From Eledone cirrhosa (lineage: Eukaryota): a stretch of DNA of 64,000 bases. The number at the start of each line of letters is the position of its first letter. Positions within the stretch are counted from its first letter, which is position 1. The notes under the pieces are model-generated. The model did not search any database and was not told the DNA's origin. It worked only from the letters and a program-made list of their open reading frames with translations. The position numbers and the translations under genes are program-made. Location of the stretch: positions 4,650,001 to 4,714,000 of the forward strand of contig OZ024750.1 in NCBI GenBank assembly GCA_964016885.1. Direction: 5' to 3'. Shown piece by piece: positions 13,691 through 27,035 of this stretch.

Positions 13691-14094
13691 GTTCCTTGAT
13701 TTAACCTGACAATTGGCTTCTTGCTTGTCATCATTATTTTTTCTCCTCCTTTCCAAATATTATTCCATTATAATATCAAAGAACTATCTAGAAACAAAAG
13801 AATGTAAATGAGAAAACTGATATTGTTGATTTGTTTAAAGTCCAGTGTAAGTAATCCATAGTTTAAACAGTAAAGAGAGTATCATGCTCTTTGTTTGGCA
13901 TGTCAAACTGGAGAGATGCCAGCACTCTTGCAGTGAATGGCGGTAGCAGATGGACTTCCATATAAATGTTCCGCAGTATATTCACATATACAAACAGTTC
14001 GCACATGTTCCACACCAACACACACACAACCCTCACCAACACACACACACATGCACAATTAATTAAAGACAATAGATATGAATGAAGTGTTAAT

Positions 14095-14360
14095 TGGTGG
14101 AGTGAGGTCTGGAGTTGTGAGTGAAGTTTTAATAGGTTGAGTGAGGTCTGGAGTTGTGAGTGAAGTTTTAATAGGTTGAGTGAGGTCTAGAGTTGTGAGT
14201 GAAGTTTTAATAAGTTGAGTGAGGTATTCATATGAAGCTAGCTGAATGCTGCAATATGTGAGATTTCAGTGAAGTGTGGTGGTGGAGTGAGGTCAAGAGA
14301 TGAGGGTAGCTCAGTGAAGTGTGGAGTGATGTCTAGAGATGAGGGTAGCTCAGTGGAGTG
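14095..14360. repeat. 39-bp tandem repeat, about 3 copies plus diverged units
   Basis: gagtgaggtctggagttgtgagtgaagttttaataggtt repeated. Confidence 0.85.
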
Positions 14361-15671
14361 TACCAATATGTTGCAATGTCAGAAATAACAAACCAAAAAA
14401 ACTTTAGATGAGAAAGATTTTAAGATTGACCTCAAAACACTGACATGAAAACAATGCAGTATCTTCTTAGTATTCTAGAAAGTAGGATAGGTTCCATGGA
14501 GAGGTGGATGGTGAGTTGATTGATTGAACAGATGAAGGTATGTAGCCTAGTGGTTAGGGTGTTGAACTAACGGACATAGTATATAGTATACAAGAGTGTA
14601 TATAGTGTAGTTTATAGCATACAATATAGTGTTATAGTATAGTATATAGTATAACATATAATATAGAGCAGTGTATACAGTGAAGTGTATAGCATATAAT
14701 ATATAGTATAGCATAGCATATGGTATACTATATAGTGTTGTACTATAGTATATTGCATGGTATAGTATATACTACAGCATATAATATATACATGCATATA
14801 TATATATATATATATAAACACATAGAAGTAGAGATATACATATACACAGCTACCTTATCCACAACTAAATACACACACACAGATCAAAGATTCACCACCA
14901 CCTCCTCCCACCACCACCATCACCACCTCCACCATCATCGCCACCAATACCACCACCTCCCAACCACCTCCACCACCACCACCCAACCACCACCCCCCAC
15001 CTCTACCACCACCACCACAACAACAATGACATCCAAAGAAACCTAATCAATATTTACAAATGGCGCCTGAAGTCGAATGTCAAGAAACATCATGCAATAC
15101 AGCGTGTGTGTGTGTGTGTGTGTGAGAGTAAGAGTGTGTGTGTGTATAGAGAAAGAGGGAGAGAGAGGGGGAGGGGTTGTGTAATTTCTAACATTTGAGC
15201 TCACTGCCAATCAAATTAACCTTCACCATGTATCGAACTCACAGTGTCTATATATGAGAGAGAGGTGAGAGAGCGGTGGGGAGAGAGGTGGGGGAGGAGG
15301 TGGTAGAGAGAGAGGGGGTTGGAGCAGGTAGAACCACAATTACTAACAACAGAACTCATTACAAATCAAGTCAACCTTCACCTTGAACTAGATCCAGTTC
15401 TTAAAGAAGGAAACTCCCATGTAATATAATTCCTCAAAATCTTAGCCATCTTACTACATGTTGCTATGTGCCATTGTATACTATATTGTATGTTCTATAT
15501 ATTGCTATATGCTATATTATATGGTTCTATATATTGCTATATACTATATTATATGGTTCTATATATTCTTATATGCTATATTATATGGTTCTATATATTC
15601 TTATATGCTATATTATATGGTTCTATATATTGAAATTGGTGAAAATGATGAATTTGAAATTGGTGAAAATC

Positions 15672-15772
15672 GTCGAAATATTGACCCCGAATATAAGACG
15701 ACCCCCCCCCCCCCCTCTACCAACGATTTTTGGGTCACATATTCCTCGTCTTATATTTGAGTACATATGGTA
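15672..15772. mobile_element. Tc1/mariner-type non-autonomous element end
   Basis: cgaatataagacga...tcgtcttatatttgagtacatatggta: inverted subterminal motif and ...GGTA end. Confidence 0.5.
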
Positions 15773-16074
15773 AGATTTGTTGGCTTTCAGGAATGAATGT
15801 ATCTATCATATTTTATCTAGCCATCTATCTAAGAATCTCACTAGCCATTTATCTCTTCCAAATATATATATATGACTTCCATTTTCCCTGCTAGCATGGG
15901 TTGGACATATCACAGACTGTGTGTATTTTATTGTGTAACTAACACTATAAAAAGGAAGAGAGATAGTGATAAAGGGAGCAAGATAAATACATAGGTGTGT
16001 GTGTGTATATATATTCATTAGTTAAGCAAAACAAGACCACAAATTTCACAAGGAAGACATTATTAAAAGATTGT

Positions 16075-16129
<55 letters not shown>

Positions 16130-16134
<5 letters not shown>

Positions 16135-16318
16135 ATCCCAGGTCCAATCGGGGGCAACCACAGTAAGTAAGGTACTCAATACAAAGCAGAGTATAAATAT
16201 TTAATATAGAAAGGCTTCTACAGGACTAGAACTGTTTCATTCGGGAGAAATCATCAGTGCTTCCTGATGATTTCTCCCGAATAAAACAGTTCTAGTCCTG
16301 TAGAAGCATTTCTACATT
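16130..16318 (-). mobile_element. Fold-back insert family B copy 1 (PLE-like) with hammerhead core
   Basis: Arms 16203-16257 and 16264-16318, 6-nt loop, about 72-nt one-sided tail, (TA)n flanks; minus strand reads CTGATGA-TTTCTCCCGAAT-GAAA-CAG. Confidence 0.75.
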
Positions 16319-16332
16319 ATATATATAGATAG

Positions 16333-16405
<73 letters not shown>

Positions 16406-16519
16406 CAAGGTAGAGATGTGACATCATCGTGTTCACCACCTCCAACACTGTCACCTGTACAACCACCAACAGCACTGCCACCGCTATCACAATCATCGCC
16501 ATTAACACCACTACCACAA

Positions 16520-17002
16520 CTGTTAACCACCACCACCACTACCACTGTCACCACCACCACCATCGTCACACGCCCCCTTCCCCCACTTCCACTGCCACCT
16601 CCACCACCATCTCCATCACTCCCCACCTCCACCACCATCTCCGTCACCCCCAACACTACCACTGTCACCACACCACCGCCACTCCCCACCACCACCACCA
16701 CCACCATCTCCGTCACTCCCCATCTCTACCACTGTCAACCCACCACCACCACCACCACATATCCGTCACTCCCCACCTCCACCACCATCTCCGTCACCCC
16801 CCCAACACTACCACCGCCACCACCACACCACCGCCACTCCCCACCACCATCTCCGTCACTCCCCCATCTCTCCCAATGTCACCGCCACCACCACTGTCAC
16901 CGCCATCTCCGTCACTCCCCCATCTCTACCAATGTCACCGCCACCACCACCACCACCACTGTCACCGCCATCTCCGTCACTCCACATCACCGCCACCACC
17001 AC
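16520..17002. repeat. (CAC)n-based minisatellite with ccatctccgtcactcc core
   Basis: Directly visible; explains Pro/Thr/His ORFs. Confidence 0.9.
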
Positions 17003-17292
17003 AGTCGTCAATTATATTGTGCCTAGTCGTGAAGAAATCGATAATACAATGCTGGTATTGATACATGTTTTAAAACGATGGTAGGAATGTGTTGGGAAAC
17101 ATTTCCAAATATTGGATAAATAAATAGGGCAACAGAAGGGATTGATACAGGGGGGAGAAATCGATATTTATTTACATACAATATATATATATATATATAC
17201 ACACACGCACACACATATATATACATATATATACATATATATATATACATATATATACATATATATATATACATATATAATATATATATATA

Positions 17293-17343
<51 letters not shown>

Positions 17344-17386
17344 GTGTGTGTATATTTGTACGCACACACACATACATTATAAATAT

Positions 17387-17444
<58 letters not shown>

Positions 17445-17567
17445 CCACAATATCGCTGTCACCGTGACTATCACCTGTTGCAAATGAAAATATAACATTG
17501 TTAGGCAGAAGTTGAAGGAAAAATGTCATAGAAATGTTTTAGATTGAGGGTGAGGTTATATATATAT

Positions 17568-17748
17568 AACAAAGGAATTGTGGTAAGGAACCAGAAGGAC
17601 CATAACGCACCAGAGTACTCAATACTAGTAGAGTGGGAAAAAGGAAAAAGTATGACCCCGACGGCAGAGCTCAAGCCGTTTCGACGGCTTTAGTCCAGAA
17701 ATAGCCGTCGAAACGGCTTGAGCTCTGCCGTCGGGGTCACACTTTTTC

Positions 17749-17753
<5 letters not shown>
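17568..17753 (-). mobile_element. Fold-back insert family A copy 1
   Basis: 51-bp arms 17639-17689 and 17703-17753 (1 mismatch), 13-nt loop, about 70-nt tail, (TA)n both sides. Confidence 0.85.
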
Positions 17754-17784
<31 letters not shown>

Positions 17785-17794
<10 letters not shown>

Positions 17795-18098
17795 TTCAAA
17801 ATATTAATAAATGAGAAATATTATCATAACCAAAGTATATATTTTATTATACATATTTCAAAGGTACAATGGTGTTTAAGTACGTTTTCATCAGATAAAA
17901 TATATAAGAGATTGGATATGCGACATACCGCTAAGGTACTTGAATCTTCAATTCCTGTAGTGGCACTACAATCTCTTATATATTTTATCTGATGAAAACG
18001 TACTGAAACACCATTGTACCTTTGAAATATGTATAATACAATATATACTTTGGTTATGATAATATTTCTCATTTATTAATATTTTGAATAATATTATA
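17785..18098 (+). mobile_element. Fold-back insert family C with hammerhead-like core
   Basis: 130-bp arms 17785-17914 and 17969-18098 (2 mismatches seen), 54-nt loop; CTGATGA-AAACGTACT-GAAA at 17989-18008. Confidence 0.75.
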
Positions 18099-18412
18099 GA
18101 TACTCCAGAGAAAGATCTGTCGAGTGCTTCTAATCTATTGACTTTCGGAAACATTTTTTCACGCTCAGAGTTGCTGAAGCATGGAACAAACTACCTGCAT
18201 CGGTTGTTAGCTGTCGAGACATTGCATCCTTTAAAACCTCCATGCTTCCCGAGATTCGCCAACACTACACCTAATGTTCCCCCTCCATACACTATTCACT
18301 TCCCTGACATTTGTGTATTATTCTATGAACTATACATGCACCTTTGACGAGTTGTAGTGCACCTGAGCACTTTACACAATAATTTCATTATTATTATTAT
18401 ATTATTATTATT
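18099..18412 (+). mobile_element. CR1/L2-type LINE 3' end with (ATT)n tail
   Basis: 18140-18274 translates DFRKHFFTLRVAEAWNKLPASVVSCRDIASFKTSMLPEIRQHYT*, matching the CR1 ORF2 C-terminal motif R..FF..RV...WN.LP..VV......FK; 3' UTR ends in (ATT)n. Confidence 0.9.
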
Positions 18413-18480
18413 GTAAAATTGAATTCGTTGAATAATCAACGAACCATATAAACTTTTGGTTATATATATATATATATATA

Positions 18481-18749
18481 TAGGAACCAGTAAGACCCCG
18501 ACAGCTGAGTTCAAGCCGTTTCGACGGCTAATTCTTGACAATCATTTTGACCATATATGGAATTACCCCTTGAGAAGATCGGCTATTTAAATACCAGGAT
18601 AAATTTTCATTTAGTCCAGAATTAGCCGTCGAAACGGCTTGAGCTCAGCTGTCGGGGTCTTACTGGTTCCTATTACCCACTCTACTACCCCAAGTATTGA
18701 GTACTTTGGTGCGTTATGGTCCACCTGGTTCCTTACCACATTTCCTTCG

Positions 18750-18751
<2 letters not shown>
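18481..18751 (+). mobile_element. Fold-back insert family A copy 2 (longest)
   Basis: Arms about 18481-18539 and 18614-18672, about 75-nt loop, 78-nt tail, (TA)n both sides. Confidence 0.85.
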
Positions 18752-18797
<46 letters not shown>

Positions 18798-18965
18798 CGA
18801 AAGAACTTTGACAATATACGAACAATCGTCTGGTTGTGGAACCAACTAACCAACCGGAAATTTATAAATTCTTAAATTTATAAATTTAATTTAATTTATA
18901 ATAAATTGAAGTGAAAGCAACTGGTGCGTGTGTTTCTTATTGGCAACATGACCCTCCCAAAGTAT

Positions 18966-19020
<55 letters not shown>

Positions 19021-19024
<4 letters not shown>

Positions 19025-19232
19025 CTTGAAAATGGAATGAGAATAAGAAGAAAGCAAGAACGGGGGGGGGGGTCCTCATCGGTTGTCTACTAAGGGTCTC
19101 GGATATTTCAACGCTTTAAAGACAATATATCTACCCCCCCTCCCCCACCTCCCGTTCTTGCTTTCTTTTTATTCTCATTCCATTTTTAAGCCTAACTTCA
19201 CTAGCAACTACACATCCACCCTATTCTCCATG
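19021..19232 (+). mobile_element. Fold-back insert family E
   Basis: 44-bp arms 19021-19064 and 19151-19194 (2 mismatches), about 37-nt tail, TA flanks. Confidence 0.7.
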
Positions 19233-19280
19233 TATATATATGATATATGTGTATATGATATATGTGTATATACACATATA

Positions 19281-19373
19281 CAGGGTGTTCCCCCAAAATG
19301 TATTCACACTTTGATTACAGTATAGGCAATATTTATTTGAATGCTGTTGAAGTGTGTATACATTTTTTTTGGA

Positions 19374-19378
<5 letters not shown>
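19281..19378. mobile_element. Tiny Tc1/mariner-like MITE
   Basis: TA-CAGGGTGTTCCCCCAAAATGTATTCACACTT...AAGTGTGTATACATTTTTTTTGGACAC; second copy 28051-28124. Confidence 0.65.
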
Positions 19379-19407
<29 letters not shown>

Positions 19408-19620
19408 ATTATTGAACATTTTTCAAATGTGTATTCTCTATTTAAGGAAAGTAGATTCTAGATATTCCGATGTGATTTAAGTTTGACCAATTTACAGAGT
19501 GTGCTGGGTACATTTTACTGTGGCACCAGGGTGGGGCTGTTCTCGACGTGACGCCTCAACAGGCTTTTTTTTTTTTACATTATATTTACATGGTTTGGTG
19601 GTGGTGCTAAGGAATGGTAG

Positions 19621-19665
<45 letters not shown>

Positions 19666-20007
19666 AAGTGGGAGAGAGAGAGAGAGAGAGTGGTAGAGAG
19701 AGAGAGAGTGAGAGAGATAGGTAGAAAGAGAGAGAGTGTGACGTCCATGTATTTCTTAAGGCTATCAGTAAATATAAGTGAAATAATTCAAGTTGAGAAT
19801 CAATACTGGATTGTGGAGAAGGACCACTCAGCTTCTGTATGTAAGTAGTGTGTGAGTGGAGTAGTGTGATTGTGTGTAGTGTGGCTGTGTGTAGTGTGGC
19901 TGTGTGTAGTGTGGCTGTGTGTAGTAGTGTTGTAGTGTGTGTGAGTGTGTAAGCTTTTAGTAGCTTTCTTTCTTGATCCAATATCGATTCTCAATTACAT
20001 ATGTCTA

Positions 20008-20054
<47 letters not shown>

Positions 20055-20124
20055 GTGTGTGTGTATGTATATACATATGTGTGTGTGTATGTGTGTATAT
20101 ATATATATATATACATGTGTGTGC

Positions 20125-20162
<38 letters not shown>

Positions 20163-20583
20163 GTGTGTGTATATATATATATACATATGTGTGTGCATGT
20201 GTGTATATATATATACATATGCATGTGTATATATATATACATATGTGTGCGTGTATAGGTGGTGGGAGTCGCACACATCCACGTGTGTGTGTGAATGTAA
20301 TATGCAGCCAATTTTGCCCATGGAAATATGTAGGGGGAAAAGGAAGGTTTCTAATTTTGGCACAAGGCCAGCAATTTTGAGGGGAGGGGGAAAGTCGATT
20401 AAATCATCCCCTGTACACAAAATACTAGTGAAACACTAGAGTTAAATTTTTCGCTGGTCATTATTGCTACAGCTAGGCCATACTACTCGAGTTAGTAATA
20501 AATCTGCAAGACATCAAGACGACATCATTTCTCAAGCTACACACACAATCACATATATTTTGTGCGGGCATCCATTTCTATAT

Positions 20584-20769
20584 CAGACCTGCCAACCTCT
20601 AAAAACCCAAACGGGAAGTACCATGAAAAAAAGTGCCCTAAAACGGGGCAGAATGGGCAGATTTTACATAATAAAAGCTATATCGATTTTCACAAGAAAA
20701 GACATCTCTCACCCACCACAAAGTGGGTGGGAGATCTCCCCCATCGGACGGGGAGAGTTGTCAGCTCTG
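20584..20769. mobile_element. hAT-like MITE
   Basis: Imperfect TIR CAGACCTGCCAAC...GTTGTCAGCTCTG; no clear TSD. Confidence 0.5.
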
Positions 20770-20829
20770 TAATATTTTACACACATTTCTCCACAAACAA
20801 AAAGCCATAACTTTCATACGAGTCATTTA

Positions 20830-21120
20830 CCTGGGTTTTGCAAGATATTCTTCTCTTTTCTCTCAAACTTCAACTAACTTTTTGAAGTACAGATCTGCTA
20901 TTGGTTAACGCAAGGGTCCAGACCCAGGTGGACCCACAACACTGTATATCGCAGATACCTTGCTAATGAAGTTGTAGCCTCTATAGGGGCCACAGCTAAA
21001 CTTCAAACTAATCTCAGCTCTTCCAATTTACTGGGACACGTAGACTTAGCTATCAAAACTACGTTCTGAATGTTTTCAGCCAGTAAAGATCTCAGCCCCA
21101 CAATTTCAACCCATACACAA
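20830..21120 (-). mobile_element. Highly degenerate LINE ORF2 fragment (RTE-X-like)
   Basis: Minus strand ttgtgtatgggttgaaattgtggggc...gaaaacattcag resembles LYG.EIWG...E.IQ with frameshifts. Confidence 0.3.
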
Positions 21121-21244
21121 GCAACACTAATTTCTCTCTTTCGTTACCTTTCCTTGTTTCAATTATTTATCTTCTTGGCAATCTGAGCCGAGATGTAATG
21201 CAGCGAAATTCTGACAGAAGTACGAAACGTAATACTAATAATAA

Positions 21245-21500
21245 TGGTTTCTACTTTTGGCACAAGGCCAGCAATTACCCAGAGTATTACTGGTACTTTA
21301 TTATATCAACCCTGTAAGGATGAAAGGCAAAGTTAACCTCGGCGGGATTTGAACTCAGACCGTAAAGGGACGTAACTATGCTGGAAAGCATGGCGTCCGA
21401 CCCTCCACCGATACTGCCAATAATAATGGTTTCTGATTTAGGCACAAGGATTACAATTTTTAGGAGAGAGGAAAATCGATTAATTCGACCCCCGGACGAC
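21245..21500 (-). mobile_element. SINE family 2 copy plus adjacent tail fragment
   Basis: Reverse complement of the 1-216 family; similar minus-strand fragments at 20347, 25100, 26475, 29950, 30905, 48065. Confidence 0.8.
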
Positions 21501-21633
21501 TATAACAATGTGTGAATATATCTATATATCATATAAGTATAGTGATAGAAAGATCTTAATCCTATAAACCTATGTATAACCAGATAAAGAATACACATAC
21601 GTACCCGACACACACACACATATATATACACAC

Positions 21634-21854
<221 letters not shown>

Positions 21855-24536
21855 TATATACGCTGAATTACATTCTAGATTGACTTGCTAAAACTAGAAA
21901 AAGTCACACGCAACCAAAATATTTGAAAGAAAAAAAAGAGAGTAGGGGTGGGGACAAAATTATTTTTACACATTCTTCGTGAAGAATGTTTTACACGTAC
22001 AAAATTATATATTTACTGATTTATTTATAAGTTTTATATATTATTATTTCAATAATCTACTGTAATCTTCGATTGTAAGTTGTTGACATACATAAAAAAG
22101 ACTAAAAAAAATTTGAAGAGTTCATTATCGTCTGCTCCTCCTCAGAGTTTCTTACATTTATAAAGTTTATATATTCACTGATATATATATATATAATATC
22201 AATGAAGTCTGCTGCAATCTTCCTTTGTAAGTTGTTGAAATACATAAATAATGGTTTCTGATATATATATATATAGTCAACTTGACTATTGATAAAGATA
22301 TATATATATATATATATATAGTATCAATGAAGTCTGCTGCTGCAATCATCCATTGTAAGTTGTTGACACACATAAACAGATAAAAAGTGAAAGAGTTCGT
22401 TATCAAATGCCTTCAGCAATAAGGAAGGCATTGGCTGACATTTTAGTAAGATTTGCTGTACTCGGGTGACCTTGCTACAGCAATATCGTCGTCGAATGAA
22501 TTAGAGTCATTTATAGAATGGTGTGTTTATAAATAAGGTTTTAACAGCTTTGATGATAGTGATGGCGCAGTGGAGGGAGCGAGGGCATAGATAATGTCAA
22601 CCTGACTATTGATAAAGATTTCACTGCAATATTGGATTAATAAAGAATAGAACGGCGCGTGCGTGTCAATTTGTGCCTATATGTGTGTGTGAATGCAGGT
22701 GTATGTAAGCTTGTGTGTGAATACAGGTGTATATGAACCTAAATATGTGTGTGTGATTGTATGTATATATGAACCTATGTGTATGTTGAAGGAGGTATGT
22801 GCGCCTATGCATGTGTGAATGCATATGTGTGTGTATGCGTATATGAGCATATGTGTGTGTGTGTATATGAGCCTATATGTGTGAATGCATATGCGTGTGG
22901 ACGTATGTATTCGTATGTATGTGTGCATGGTGAAGAAAGGAGTGGGAGACTTGAAACATACAATTGCAATCAAAAGACTACTGTGCAGCAGTGAAAGTGA
23001 GGCTGTTGATGTTGCACAACAAACAGTTATTGTAGGACAACATTCACAGTTGCATAACAAACAGCTATTATTATTAGAACATGCATCCATTTTTGCACAA
23101 CAAATCGTTAAATCTTCCGTACAACAGTTATTCTCGTACAGCTAAGATTAAATCATGAACGGGAGCAAGCCAGTCGTCTGTTCCAGTACAATTTCAAAAA
23201 GACATTATTGTACAAAACTTTTACAACTAGCTGTATTACTCAACAAACCGTTCATAATTTGTGCATAATTGTTCATTGGGATATAAAAACTTATTTTCGA
23301 GCTATTTTTGCAAGTCGTACCAATAAAATGCTATAAACTGCAGTGATGATATTGTTATAAGCATCAAACAGTAACAAAAACAGCAACAGGTAGACACTAA
23401 ACCACAACAAAAACAGTAACAGATAGACATCACACCATAACAGAAACAGATAGACATTACACCATAACAGAAACAGATAGACACTACACCACAACAAAAA
23501 CAGTTACAGGTAGACATCACACCATAACAGAAACAGCAACAGATATCCACCACACTATTACAAAAACTGCTACAGATAGACACCACATTACAAAAACAGC
23601 AATGGATATACACCACACTATAACAAAAACAGCCACAGGTAGCACATCACATCTCTCCGTGGTCCTATGAATAAGGAACTCTTTTCCTTTTCTTAAATAA
23701 AGAGTACCCAACCAATAAACAATTTTGCTGCAAATATTTATGGTTGATGAAATGTTTCAGCAGACAGTCAGATAGATAGATAGATAGATAACTAGATATT
23801 GGGTTTATACAAAATAACGGTGATTTCCGAATCAGGAAAGAAAGGAAACGTTAAGCAGACAGTTAAGTAAAACGTCTTCACTAAGCCAGAAGATAAGGTA
23901 AAAAAAATGGCGCTTAACTCGAGAAGAAACATTAAGCAGACGAGAGATCGAATGAATCTTTCTTTGAATGTCAATCTGTCACGGTTAACATTTCTTATGC
24001 CAAGCTCACCTACACTATCGACAGTTATATGAACGGAGGGGGCGGATATAAAGTCATATGTGAAGCCAAGAGAAAAGATTTAAACCGGAATTTAAGAGTT
24101 TTCACTGATGATTTATTTTTTATAGATGTTTCCACTGTTTTAAATATATTGCCTTTTGTTTTAAATATATTGCCTTTGTCTTTGTGGTATTTAGAACCAT
24201 TTCGTTGCCATATTTCTAATGAAAAACACTGCCTATGATTTTCAACTCATTTTGAAAATAAGAATGTGTTGTAAGACGCTCTACCAAGGAAGATATGGTA
24301 CAAGAATATAAAGAAATGCAAAACACCGCATATATCTGAATGTTGAGGGTAAACTTAAGGTAGATATAACTAACGCTTTTCTTTTAGAAACTTTAGCTGT
24401 GAAAAGAATAAAGTGTGAAGTGTAAATACTTCCTACTATTTCGCTGTGCAGAACCCCCCCCCCCCTCCATCTAATTGTTATTTCCATTGATAGCAGAGTA
24501 TGAAACATCGTGAACATATTTTAGTTGGTATTCATG

Positions 24537-25047
24537 GTTCTTTTTAGGCCAATTACTTCCCACGGGAGGTCAACCTGCTGGGAAGGGAGTATATTATCTG
24601 TTGGTCATTTGGACCAATAACTTCCCACGAGAAGCAAGCCTGTTGGGAGGAGTATATTATCTGTTGGTCTTTTAGGCAAATTACTTTCCCACGAGAAGCA
24701 AGCCTGTTGGGAGGAGTATATTATCTGTTGGTCTTTTAGGCAAATTACTTCCCCACGAGGGGCAAGCCTGCTGGGGAAAGGAGTATATTATCTGTTGGTC
24801 TTTTAGGCAAATTACTTCCCCACGAGGGGCAAGCCTGCTGGGGAAAGGAGTATATTATCTGTTGGTCTTTTAGGCAAATTACTTCCCCACGAGGGGCAAA
24901 CCTGCTGGGGAAAGGAGTATATTATCTGTTGGTCTTTTAGGCAAATTACTTCCCCACGAGGGGCAAACCTGCTGGGGAAAGGAGTATATTATCTGTTGGT
25001 CTTTTAGGCAAATTACTTCCCACGAAAAGCGAGTCTGCTGGGGAAGA
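24537..25047. repeat. About 67-bp minisatellite, about 8 copies
   Basis: Unit ggagtatattatctgttggtcttttaggcaaattacttccccacgaggggcaagcctgctggggaaa; period 67 at 24781/24848/24915. Confidence 0.95.
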
Positions 25048-27035
25048 GGTTTACTACATGCTGGCAGAAGCACCACCGCTTTTCTTATGATAGGAGGTGG
25101 ATTTTGAACTTAGAACGCACAGAGCCGGATTCCGTCAATCAAGGAAAAGATGAAATGCAAGGTTAACCTTAATGGGATTTGAACTGTGAGCGCAGAGGAC
25201 CGGAACAAATACCGATGTACTTAAAAAGAAAAGAAAACAAAATACGAGAGATTATTTCTGTTCCATTGTTTTTTTTTTAAAGCAGTGTGAAACAATTTCT
25301 ATCAGACTGACAGTTTATTTTATTGATGTTCTCTGGTAAAATGTAATCCAATATGGTGAATAGATTCTGATCAGAGAAGACCAAGCAAATTAGTTATGTT
25401 TATCGTACTTGCATGAAATAAATGAAATATTGATGGATCGATTGATTGATTTCAATACTGACTGACAACGTTGTTGCTAAGAAAGGAAACTTCGTTGTTG
25501 CTAGAGATAAATTTATCGTGACCACTCAAAAAAATCGGAAATTAGAAAAAAATATTTTTAAAAATTTAGAATCCATTAAAAGCCATTATAGTACTTACTG
25601 AAAGACAACCAATCTCTCCCTCCCTCACTTCCTGTCTTTATCTCTCTTACACACATTTCATGTCTATCTTTCTATCTATTTCAATCCCCCCCCCCTCCCT
25701 CTCTCTTTCCCTTCTCTCATCCTCTTTTTCTTTATCACTTTCGTTCTTTTTCACCCCTCTCACCCTTTCTCCCCCCCCCCATCACTAGATGTCTCAGTCT
25801 CTCTCTCTCCCCCCTTCACTGTCACCAGATCTCTCTCAATTTCTCTTGCTTTCTCTGTATCTCTTGTTCCCTTTCTTTCTCTTCCTCTCACCTAAACAGA
25901 AACATTTCCCCATCTATGTACTACCACAGAAATAAATAAATGAAACCAGTGTAAAACGATGATAGACATTGAAATAAGAAGTGAAAAACTCTGAACACTC
26001 AAAAGTAGAGAAGCTACAAAACCACTTTATACACTACAGAACTATAGACTATACAACTACAGCACTGTAGACTATACAACCACAGAACTGCAAGGCTACC
26101 AGACGATAGTGAAACATTTGAAATAGTTTACAACTCTAGGCTTTCAATAACTGGTTTTATGTCTCGGAGAGTGTTTCAATCCTGTTCATACCAATCAGCC
26201 TGAAACGGACTCTGGTTCTATGATTAGAGTGTTTATATTTATTTAAAAACCTTCCATCGTAAATTTATTGGAAAACTTACAAATTATGCCCCAAACACCA
26301 GCTTGATAATGAAATTCCCCTAAATTCTTGATTATTTTCAAATTGATTTGAAAATAACAGGATGTGTCTTTTTATTAGAAATATGTTAATGGGAGGATTA
26401 AAATGTTTTTGTTAAGTTATACTCCAACACCAGCTTAATGAGCAAGTTAGTTATATTACTAAATCTCTCTTGACTTTGAAAGGCAAAGTTGTCTCCGGCG
26501 GGATTTCAACTGAGAGAGCAGAGAGCCGGATGGAACACCACAGATTATTCTATCTGGCGTTCTAACGAATCTGCCAATTCATCGCCTTAGCAACTTTCGA
26601 AGTAGAATCTTGCTCTTTGGTGGCACACCGAATTACACTTCATGCCACACCTAAATAAATTTCGTGGCCCACCGAATTACATATCGTATGGAGGCACACG
26701 CTGTTGGGGAATCATTACTCTAACCACCAGGCCACACACAGAAGAAATATTTCCATGCCAGTTGGTGGAGGGAGGGAGTTATAACTGAAATAGTCAGAGT
26801 AGTTTTATAGGAAGTTGTTTCAAATCTCACCGTCTCTTGACATTTCAAATTAATTTCAACATCAATGAGAAAGCAACTCCTTACTACGTATTATATATAT
26901 AATGTCCTAAACATTATGTACTAAATGCTATTTATTAACTATTTTGTATTAAACTGGAAGTTGTTTGAGATGTAAATATTTGCGTGTCATTTAGAGTTCC
27001 TTCAAACATGAAATAGAAAGCAACTCCTTGCTCTG

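Noticed and set aside
13863-14072. 69-aa minus-strand ORF in partly unique sequence
   Set aside because: No recognisable domain or clear splice sites; N-terminus is (GT)n-derived
17650-17740. Recurrent peptide PTAELKPFRRL / SRRNGLNSAVGV in several ORFs
   Set aside because: Translation of the family A inverted arms, not a protein family
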